Positions 51,392 through 59,177 of a DNA stretch of 64,000 bases are shown here, piece after piece. Position 1 is the stretch's first letter. Each line of letters starts with the position of its first letter. A program made the position numbers and the translations under genes. The stretch is taken from assembly GCA_001873215.1 (NCBI GenBank), contig MNYS01000002.1, positions 92,395 through 156,394 on the forward strand, in the 5' to 3' direction. The notes under the pieces are model-generated. The model ran no database searches and was not told where the DNA came from. It was given only the letters and a program-made list of their open reading frames with translations. Origin of the DNA: Candidatus Levybacteria bacterium CG2_30_37_29 (GTDB taxonomy: Bacteria > Patescibacteriota > Microgenomatia > Levybacterales > GWA1-39-11).

Positions 51392-51661
51392 ATGTTAACA
51401 AAAGACGATTTGAAACAAATCAAAAACGTCGTACAAGATGCTATACAGCCTGTTGATTTTCGGTTAAGTAGGATTGAAGGGAAAGTAGATGATTTGACGA
51501 TTGACGTTTCAGAGGTCAAGTCAGACGTAAAGATATTAAAAGAAGATACTGCTGACTTAAAGCTGGAAACAAAAGCCATCCATAAAATTATTGAAATTCA
51601 AAGTTTGGAACATGAAAAAAGGATAGAGCGACTCGAAGAAAACGTAGGAATAAGCAATTAA
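51392..51661 (+). CDS. Small coiled-coil protein (89 aa), unknown function
   Basis: MLTKDDLKQIK.. followed by heptads (LSRIEGK VDDLTID VSEVKSD VKILKED) and HEKRIERLE. Likely start is ATG 51392. Confidence 0.72.
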   Translation: MLTKDDLKQIKNVVQDAIQPVDFRLSRIEGKVDDLTIDVSEVKSDVKILKEDTADLKLETKAIHKIIEIQSLEHEKRIERLEENVGISN

Positions 51662-51698
51662 TACTCTTCTCTTACTGTATAAACTTCTGAAAACTCGG

Positions 51699-51734
51699 TA
51701 TAATAGTAAAGCACGTTAACATTTTGCGTTAACG
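51699..51734 (+). promoter_or_regulatory. Putative -10 box followed by an inverted repeat
   Basis: TATAAT at 51699-51704, then CGTTAAC-N7-GTTAACG (51714-51734), then GAGG before ATG 51743. Confidence 0.4.
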
Positions 51735-51742
51735 AGGTAATT

Positions 51743-52318
51743 ATGCGTATAGGAATTGATATAAGTCAGATTGCGTATGGAAAAACGGGTGTCGCAAACT
51801 TTTTGGCTAATTTGGTTGAAAAGTTAATAGAAAAAGATTTGAAAAATCACTACGTCTTATTTTTTTCATCACTTAGGCGACGTGTCCCGTCAAAAATTTC
51901 ATCAATTGCGCGTGAGCACACAAATGTAGAAGTAAGACGCTTTACTTATCCTCCTTTTGCCTTGGATTTTTTATGGAACAGACTTCATATTCTCACAATT
52001 GAGAATTTTGTAGGAGATGTTGATATTTTTTTGACATCTGATTGGACAGAACCCCCTGCAAGAAACGCAAAGAAGGCAACAATAATTTACGATTTAATAA
52101 TTTACAAGCATCCGGAGGAAACTCACAATAAAACAGAATTCAATTTCAAAGCCTTTATGGTTTCACCGAATATTGTAGACACTCAAAAAAGAAAACTTGA
52201 ATGGGTGAAAAAAGAAAGTGACATTATATTTTGCATTTCAGAATCAACAAAAAAAGACATAATCGAGATTCTTGGGATAGATAAAAACAAAATTCATATT
52301 ATCTATCCCGGAATCTAG
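51743..52318 (+). CDS. GT4 N-terminal domain only (half glycosyltransferase or truncated gene)
   Basis: IGIDISQ..TGV, IIYDL, CISESTKKDI, KIHIIYPGI*. Ends at the interdomain linker with no EGFG..EA domain. Confidence 0.75.
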   Translation: MRIGIDISQIAYGKTGVANFLANLVEKLIEKDLKNHYVLFFSSLRRRVPSKISSIAREHTNVEVRRFTYPPFALDFLWNRLHILTIENFVGDVDIFLTSDWTEPPARNAKKATIIYDLIIYKHPEETHNKTEFNFKAFMVSPNIVDTQKRKLEWVKKESDIIFCISESTKKDIIEILGIDKNKIHIIYPGI

Positions 52319-52339
52319 CTTATAAATTGCCTCAAAACT

Positions 52340-52389
52340 GGAAATATTAGGTAATATCTGGTAATATTTGGAAATATATGGAAATTCCA
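52340..52389 (+). repeat. 10-bp period direct repeats (GGWAATATNT) spanning the Fic start codon
   Basis: GGAAATATTA GGTAATATCT GGTAATATTT GGAAATATAT GGAAATTCCA. Confidence 0.8.
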
Positions 52390-53355
52390 CTTAAGTATGA
52401 ATTGACAAGAGAAATGGTTGATTTAATTTCTAAAATTGAAGTAAAAAAAACTATTTTAGATAATATCCAGATTCCCAATAGTTTGGTCATATCCTTACAA
52501 AGACAATCTCTTCTCAAAAGTTCTTTATTCTCAGCCAAAATTGAAGGGAACACGCTTAATATAAAAGATTTAAGTAATTCTATAGAATTAAATTCCGACC
52601 ATAAAGAAAGAGTTGAGGTTGAAAACATTCTTTCGGCATTTTTATTTATTACTAAAAACCAACATAAAGACATTGACACAGATTATATTTTAGATTTGCA
52701 TACTATAGTTATGAAAGGCTTAAGTGATGATTCAGGAAAAGTACGAAAAGAAGCAAGCGCTATATTTAACGAGTTTGGTTTTCCGGTTTATATTCCGCCT
52801 CCGCCCTCAAAGATTCCCGGCCTACTTAAAAAATTAACTTTATATATCGATGAAAAAACAAACGAAAACATTCTCATTAAAGCCTCTCTTTTACATATTT
52901 CTTTTGAAAAAATTCACCCTTTTATAGACGGTAACGGAAGAGTAGGAAGACTTTTATTTCAGGCAATTATTGCAAAACAAGGATACGGTTTTAATAGGCT
53001 TTTATCCATAGAGGAACTTTTGAATGATAGAAAAGATGAATACTATGCATATTTGGATAAAAACGATTCAACTTCATTTATTGAATTTATGCTGGAAATT
53101 ATAAACGATCAAGCAAAGAAAATTCTTGATGAAATTGAGAGTCAAAAACAAGCTCCGGATGACTTGCTTTTACCACGAAGAAAAGAGATATTAGATTTAA
53201 TAAGAGATCATCAAGTTATGTCCCAAGACTCAATACGAAGACGTTTTACAAAGGTAACTGCTAGAATGATTAGATATGATTTAAAGAAACTGGAAGAACA
53301 AGGATTTATAATTAAACTTGGAACAACAAGAGGAGCAGTGTATAAGATAAAATAA
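52378..53355 (+). CDS. Fic-domain protein (class II) with C-terminal DeoR-like winged HTH
   Basis: Catalytic HPFIDGNGRVGR, N-terminal inhibitory SAKIEGN, C-terminal RRKEIL..VTARMIRYDLKKL...G.I..G..RG..Y. Confidence 0.92.
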   Translation: MEIPLKYELTREMVDLISKIEVKKTILDNIQIPNSLVISLQRQSLLKSSLFSAKIEGNTLNIKDLSNSIELNSDHKERVEVENILSAFLFITKNQHKDIDTDYILDLHTIVMKGLSDDSGKVRKEASAIFNEFGFPVYIPPPPSKIPGLLKKLTLYIDEKTNENILIKASLLHISFEKIHPFIDGNGRVGRLLFQAIIAKQGYGFNRLLSIEELLNDRKDEYYAYLDKNDSTSFIEFMLEIINDQAKKILDEIESQKQAPDDLLLPRRKEILDLIRDHQVMSQDSIRRRFTKVTARMIRYDLKKLEEQGFIIKLGTTRGAVYKIK

Positions 53356-53391
53356 GTGGACGTTATTGATTTATTAAAAGTTCAAAAAGCT

Positions 53392-53426
53392 ATACTTAAT
53401 ACATAATACTTTATACTTAATACTTA
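53392..53426 (+). repeat. Five 7-bp tandem repeats (ATACTTA) ending in a start codon
   Basis: ATACTTA ATACATA ATACTTT ATACTTA ATACTTA(TG). The last A is the A of ATG 53426. Confidence 0.85.
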
Positions 53427-54541
53427 TGTTAATTGGCGTTGATGGTAATGAGGCAAATGTACAGAGTAAAGTTGGAATTTCTGAGTTCGCGTACCGTTTG
53501 CTTCTAGAATTTTATAAAAGAAAAAGCGAATCTTTAAAGTTTGAAATTTTTCTTAAAAAAAAACCAAACCACGACTTACCGCAGGAAAATAGCTTTTGGA
53601 ATTATAAAGTTGTAGGCCCAAGTCCTTTCTGGACGCAATTTGGACTTCCACTTTCTCTCTTTTTACATCGAAAAAAACCTGACGTTTTTTTCACCCCAAC
53701 TCATTACGCTCCGCGTTTTTCACCAATTCCGACAGTCGTTTCTGTTATGGATATTTCTTTTATCCATTTTCCTGAAATGTTTGCCACTCGCGACTTGCAC
53801 CAGTTAAGAAATTGGACATCGTACTCTGTCAAAAAAGCAAGCCGCGTTATTACAATCTCTCAAAGCAGTAAAGATGATATAATAAAACAATATAGCCTGC
53901 CAAAAGAGAGGGTGGAAGTTGTTTACTTAGGCATAAAAGAAGAGAAGCATTTTAATAGTACGAATATGATTGAATTTTTCGATAAACATCAAGTTAAAAA
54001 GCCATTTATTTTATTCGTAGGAACACTTCAGCCGAGAAAAAATATTGTCGGTCTTATCCACGCATTTTCAAAAGTAAAAGAGCTCCACAAAGATTTGCAG
54101 CTTGTTATTATCGGTAAAAAAGGTTGGTTGTATGAAGATATTTTTGATGCTCCTGAAAAATTTGATGTAAAAAAGGACGTTGTGTTTTTGGACTTTGTGA
54201 AAGATGATGAATTGCCGTCGTTTTATAAGAACGCCGAATGCTTTGTTCTTCCAAGTCTTTATGAAGGATTCGGATTGCCTATTTTGGAAGCGATGAAATA
54301 CGGATGTCCTGTTATAGCAAGCAATATTTCAAGTCTTCCTGAAGCCGGAGGAGATGCTGCGCTTTATGTAAATCCCGACAGTATTGATGATATCGCCGAA
54401 AAAATAGAAAAAGTAGTTGGAGACGGGAAATTACAAGAATCCATGCGGAAAAAAGGACTTTTGCAAGTAAAGAAATTCAGTTGGAAAAAAGCAGCGGATG
54501 AAGTACTTTCTGTTTTGGAAGAAGTTGGTCGTACTCCGTAA
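53426..54541 (+). CDS. GT4 glycosyltransferase (mannosyltransferase-like)
   Basis: GVDGNEAN..VGI, VGTLQPRKN, PSLYEGFGLPILEAM, SSLPEAGG. Confidence 0.92.
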   Translation: MLIGVDGNEANVQSKVGISEFAYRLLLEFYKRKSESLKFEIFLKKKPNHDLPQENSFWNYKVVGPSPFWTQFGLPLSLFLHRKKPDVFFTPTHYAPRFSPIPTVVSVMDISFIHFPEMFATRDLHQLRNWTSYSVKKASRVITISQSSKDDIIKQYSLPKERVEVVYLGIKEEKHFNSTNMIEFFDKHQVKKPFILFVGTLQPRKNIVGLIHAFSKVKELHKDLQLVIIGKKGWLYEDIFDAPEKFDVKKDVVFLDFVKDDELPSFYKNAECFVLPSLYEGFGLPILEAMKYGCPVIASNISSLPEAGGDAALYVNPDSIDDIAEKIEKVVGDGKLQESMRKKGLLQVKKFSWKKAADEVLSVLEEVGRTP

Positions 54542-54545
54542 TAAT

Positions 54546-55112
54546 ATGTTAAAAAAAATCTGGAATAGAATTAAAACGGTATTTACAGAAATTGTTGTTT
54601 TTAAGCTCTATGTAATCGGGTATTTTCCATCACATCATGTCCGGCGTTTTTTTTACAGGCTTTGCGGAATAAAAATTGGTAGAGGGTCGGCAATTCATAT
54701 GGGCGCTCGTTTTTACAACCCCATTCATATAAAAATCGGCAAAGACACAATTATTGGTGAAGAAGCTGTTTTGGACGGACGTGCAAAACTTAAAATAGGT
54801 GATCATGTGGATATTGCAAGTGAAGTTATGATTTACAATTCACAGCATGATATAAATGAGGTAGATTTTGCTTCAAATGAAAAAGTGGAACTCGGTGATG
54901 TATCGATTGGAGATTATGTATTTATCGGTCCACGAGCGATTATTCTTCCGGGTGTTACGATTGGAAAAGGCGCTGTTGTGGGGGCGGGAGCGGTTGTGAC
55001 ACGTGATGTGTCCGAGTTTAGTATTGTTGGTGGTGTTCCCGCAAAAGAAATCGGAAAGCGGGAACTGAAAGATCCACATTATAAACTTGGCCGCGCCGCA
55101 TGGTTTCGTTGA
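54546..55112 (+). CDS. Hexapeptide-repeat (LbH) acyltransferase
   Basis: GIKIG, LDGR, IGDHVDIAS, SQHD, IGDYVFIG, LPGVTIGKGAVVGAGAVVT, GGVPAK. Confidence 0.9.
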   Translation: MLKKIWNRIKTVFTEIVVFKLYVIGYFPSHHVRRFFYRLCGIKIGRGSAIHMGARFYNPIHIKIGKDTIIGEEAVLDGRAKLKIGDHVDIASEVMIYNSQHDINEVDFASNEKVELGDVSIGDYVFIGPRAIILPGVTIGKGAVVGAGAVVTRDVSEFSIVGGVPAKEIGKRELKDPHYKLGRAAWFR

Positions 55113-55122
55113 GACTACCTTC

Positions 55123-55989
55123 ATGAAACTTTCTATAGTCATTTTAACTTACAATACGAAAAAGCTTACTTTGGAATGCATAGATTCAATTATTAAAAAT
55201 TATAAAGATGAAATTGAAGAAAAAATAATTGAAATAATAGTTGTTGATAATGCGTCATCTGATGGTACCGCAAATAGTCTGTCAGGAAAAAAGTATGTTA
55301 ATATGTTTTGCAACACAGAAAATTCCGGATTTTCCAAAGGATGTAATTTAGGAGCTGAAAAAGCAAAAGGAAAATACTTATTGTTTTTAAATTCGGATAC
55401 AAAAACTTTTGATAAAGGTTTTATAAAAATGACTGATTTTTTGGACGCAAATGAGAATGTAGCTATTTTGGGCGGCGGACTTACAAATACGGACGGTACA
55501 AAGCAAAAAACAGCCGGAAATTTTTATAACTTATTCAATCTTTCTTTGGTTCTTGCGGGTTTTGAAAGATTTGGGTTGATACGAAAGTATCCTAAGAATA
55601 TTACGCAAGTAGATTGGGTGGGCGGAGGATGTATGATGGTGAGATGTGACGTTTTTGAAAAATTGTGGGGGTTTGATCCCCGCATTTTTATGTATATGGA
55701 GGATATGGAATTTTGCTTCAGGGCAAAAAAAATGGGATATTTAACATTTTTTTTCCCGGATATTAAAGTTGAGCACAGCCAGCATAAAAGCAGCAATAGG
55801 GGTTTTGCGATTGAGCATATTTATAAAGGTATTTTGTATTTTTATAAAAAACATACAAACTACTTCGAATATCTTTTTGTGAAAATCTTACTTATAATTA
55901 AAGCGATAGTTGCTATTTTTGTCGGATTTACTTTTAATAAAGATTATCTGCGTAAAACTTACATGAGTGCGATAAAAAACATATTATGA
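55123..55989 (+). CDS. GT2 glycosyltransferase (rhamnosyltransferase-like)
   Basis: LSIVILTYN, VVDNASSD, GFSKGCN.G, FLNSD, WVGG, FMYMED. Confidence 0.9.
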   Translation: MKLSIVILTYNTKKLTLECIDSIIKNYKDEIEEKIIEIIVVDNASSDGTANSLSGKKYVNMFCNTENSGFSKGCNLGAEKAKGKYLLFLNSDTKTFDKGFIKMTDFLDANENVAILGGGLTNTDGTKQKTAGNFYNLFNLSLVLAGFERFGLIRKYPKNITQVDWVGGGCMMVRCDVFEKLWGFDPRIFMYMEDMEFCFRAKKMGYLTFFFPDIKVEHSQHKSSNRGFAIEHIYKGILYFYKKHTNYFEYLFVKILLIIKAIVAIFVGFTFNKDYLRKTYMSAIKNIL

Positions 55990-58900
55990 AAATATTTAAA
56001 TTTTTATCAGAAAATTTATTATTAATAATTACTCTTTTTCTTCTTGCATTTATTCCTCTTTATCCAAAACTTCCGATAGTAACAATACAACACACATGGG
56101 TATACATTAGAGCGGAAGATTTTCTGGTTGCATGCACTCTTACTCTTTTGTTATTTTTAGTTTTATTTAAAAAAGTTAAATTAAAAACTCCGCTTACATT
56201 TTCTATGCTTCTGTTTTGGATTATAGGAGCTGTATCCACCTTTCATGGAGTACTTATTCTTTTTCCAACGTTATCAAACGTTTTTCCCAACGTTGCATTT
56301 TTAAGCCTTATTCGAAGAATGGAGTATATGTCTTTATTTTTTATTGCTTATCTTTCGTTAAAGAATAGAAAATCTATATATTATGTTATTGCAAGCCTTT
56401 CTACTATTCTTATTCTTATCGTAGGATATGGTTTGGGCCAGAAATTGCTTGGATTCCCTGCATATTTGACTGGGAATGAAGAATTTGCAAAGGGAATTCC
56501 CCTTCAGATTTCCTCGCTTGCTCGTGTCCCGTCAACTTTTGCTGGCAATTATGATCTTGCCGCGTATCTTGTTTTGGTAATTCCTATTTTTGTAAGTCTT
56601 ATATTTGGATTTAAAAATACGTTGGTTAAAATTGGACTTTTTATAACGTCTGCTTTGGGCTTTGGCTTGCTTTTTTTGACAGTATCCCGTATTTCATTCT
56701 TTGTATTAATGCTTTCTTTGGTCATACTTCTTGTTCTTCAGAAGAAAAGACTTTCCATTATTTCTCTTTTTGTCCTGACTTTTTTGTTTCTTATATTTTC
56801 TCCAGGACTTATGAATCGTTTCGGAAAAACTGTGTCTACGGTAAACGTATTGGTTGACGCAAATACAGGAGCGGCGCTTGGTCAAATAAGGAGTACCCCG
56901 AAAGAATATTTTAAGGATAAAATAATTTTAAGACAAAACGCAACTCTTGAAGATGCAAAGATTGCAAGTTCCACGGCTTTAATTCTTTATGATCAACTCC
57001 CTCCCTACGTAGAAGTTCTTACTCCTCCGAATGCTTCAACGGGAGAAAATCTGCCGCAGGGTACGGGTTATGTTAACCTTTCTCTTTCGCCAATTCTTAA
57101 AAGAGCAGGTCGATATTTTATCCAGACACCGCCAAAGGAAGGTTCGCAGAATAATGAAATACACGCTTTTGATGGTGATTATCTTATAAAAAAAGCAAAA
57201 GCATACGATCTGTCTTTCACTACAAGATTTCAAGGAGAGTGGCCAAGGACAGCAGATGCTTTTAAAAGAAACATTTTTTTTGGGAGCGGATATGGGTCTG
57301 TTAGCCTTGCCGTTGATAATGATTATTTACGCATTTTAGGGGAGTCGGGAATTTTTGGTTTTCTTGCTTTTTCATCAATTTTTTTGATAGCAGGAATATA
57401 TATAAAAAAAGCTTTGCCTAAAGTTGATTCTCCGGTTGTCCGAAGTTTTGTTATGGGCTTTATAATGGGAACTTTCGGGTTAGTATTAAACGGAACCCTT
57501 ATTGATGTATTTGAAGCTTCAAAGGTTGCTTTTACGTACTGGTTATTAATGGGAATAACGCTTGGGATTCTTCATTTATATAGTAACGGAGATGATGTTG
57601 ATATTTTTAAAGAAGTAAAAAAAGCACTAGCGTCTCCATTAGCTGTTATTTGTTATCTATTTATTCTTGTAATGGTTTTACTGTTCCCTCTTTACGCAAA
57701 TTATTTTGTAGGCGACGATTTTACTTGGCTTAAATGGGCTGCTGAATCAAAACAAAACCTTGTAAGTTTATTTACGAATGCTGACGGATTTTTCTGGCGG
57801 CCGGGAACAAGACTATATTTTTTATTGATGTATCAATTCTTTTGGCTTAACCAAACTTTTTATCATTTAATTTCAATTTTTCTTCATTTTCTAACTGCGG
57901 TAACTTTATTTATGGTCTTGCGAAAAGTTTTAAAAGATTACGTTTTATCAATAATAGGTGTAGTTTTATTTATTGTTTTGAGCGGATATCACGAGACAAC
58001 TTTTTGGATTTCATCAACAGGCTTTATTTTTAACGCGCTTTTTGTACTTCTGTCATTACTTTTTTTCATTTTTTGGAAAGAAAAGAAAAAAAATATTTAT
58101 ATGGTTATGTCTATTACTTCAATGGTTTTTGGTTTTTTGTTCCATGAGCTTGGAGTCGTTACGCCTCTTATTATAATAGCCTATGATTTAGTTTTCACTG
58201 AAAAAAACCTTCCCGGTAAATTTTTCAAAAAGATATATTTAGTTCTTTTATTTCCTACGCTGCCGTATTTGGCTTTACGATTTTTCGCACAGAGTCATTG
58301 GTTTTCAGGAGACTATAGTTATAACCTTCTTAAGCTTCCTTATAATATTGTAGGAAATATAATTGGTTACGTTGTGCTTGATTTTTTTGGATCGTCTTCT
58401 CTTAGATTTTATGAAATTCTAAGAAATGTTTCTAAGGTGCACATACTTTATTCATCGATTGGTCTGGCAATATTTGTTTTTGTTGCAATATTAGTATATA
58501 AATCTGTCTTTAAAAGAATAGATAAAAATGAGAAGAAAATTGTTCTCTTTGGGTTTTTGTTCTTCTGTATTTCACTGTTGCCGTTTTTGGGACTTGGAAA
58601 TATTACTTCGCGATATAGTTACCTTTCATCTATAGGATTTGTAATTATTTTTGCTTTTTTTATGAAAAAAGGCTTTGGTTTTTTGCTAAGTATCAGTGAT
58701 AAATATCTTCGCGTAATGATTAGCGTATTAATAGTTATGGTTTATTTAAGCGTACAGCTTTTCCAATTTCAAAAAATCCATATTGATTGGTTTTCTGCCG
58801 GAGAGAAATCAAAAGCTTTTCTTGTATCATTTGAAAGTGTCTATAAAGATTATTGGGCAGATAAAAATATGCATTTTTACCTTGTTAATGTACCGATTAG

Positions 58901-59120
58901 AAATGGAGAAGCTTGGATTTTTCCTGTTGGAGTAAAAGACGCTTTGTGGTTTGCTCTTCCGAATAAAAACTTTACTGTAGATATTGTTTCGGATTTACCT
59001 TTTGCTCTTGATAGAGCAAGTTCGGATGAGAATACTGAAGTTTTTCAATTTGACGATAATGGTAGTATAAAACAGGTTTTTCCAACAAAGAAACCTATTC
59101 AAATACCGCCTGCAAAATAA
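55986..59120 (+). CDS. Fusion of an O-antigen ligase/Wzy_C-like domain (N-half) and a GT-C glycosyltransferase (C-half)
   Basis: N-half: RV.STF.G.YD, LTVSR.S, S...R, FGSGYG, VDNDYL..LGE.G..G. C-half: NYFVGDDF.WL, FWRP, HE...WIS, HE, RYSY. Confidence 0.78.
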   Translation: MKIFKFLSENLLLIITLFLLAFIPLYPKLPIVTIQHTWVYIRAEDFLVACTLTLLLFLVLFKKVKLKTPLTFSMLLFWIIGAVSTFHGVLILFPTLSNVFPNVAFLSLIRRMEYMSLFFIAYLSLKNRKSIYYVIASLSTILILIVGYGLGQKLLGFPAYLTGNEEFAKGIPLQISSLARVPSTFAGNYDLAAYLVLVIPIFVSLIFGFKNTLVKIGLFITSALGFGLLFLTVSRISFFVLMLSLVILLVLQKKRLSIISLFVLTFLFLIFSPGLMNRFGKTVSTVNVLVDANTGAALGQIRSTPKEYFKDKIILRQNATLEDAKIASSTALILYDQLPPYVEVLTPPNASTGENLPQGTGYVNLSLSPILKRAGRYFIQTPPKEGSQNNEIHAFDGDYLIKKAKAYDLSFTTRFQGEWPRTADAFKRNIFFGSGYGSVSLAVDNDYLRILGESGIFGFLAFSSIFLIAGIYIKKALPKVDSPVVRSFVMGFIMGTFGLVLNGTLIDVFEASKVAFTYWLLMGITLGILHLYSNGDDVDIFKEVKKALASPLAVICYLFILVMVLLFPLYANYFVGDDFTWLKWAAESKQNLVSLFTNADGFFWRPGTRLYFLLMYQFFWLNQTFYHLISIFLHFLTAVTLFMVLRKVLKDYVLSIIGVVLFIVLSGYHETTFWISSTGFIFNALFVLLSLLFFIFWKEKKKNIYMVMSITSMVFGFLFHELGVVTPLIIIAYDLVFTEKNLPGKFFKKIYLVLLFPTLPYLALRFFAQSHWFSGDYSYNLLKLPYNIVGNIIGYVVLDFFGSSSLRFYEILRNVSKVHILYSSIGLAIFVFVAILVYKSVFKRIDKNEKKIVLFGFLFFCISLLPFLGLGNITSRYSYLSSIGFVIIFAFFMKKGFGFLLSISDKYLRVMISVLIVMVYLSVQLFQFQKIHIDWFSAGEKSKAFLVSFESVYKDYWADKNMHFYLVNVPIRNGEAWIFPVGVKDALWFALPNKNFTVDIVSDLPFALDRASSDENTEVFQFDDNGSIKQVFPTKKPIQIPPAK

Positions 59121-59177
59121 AAACTCATATTTTTGCGCTTCTTGATAATAATACTTACAATAAACTAAAATATAGGA

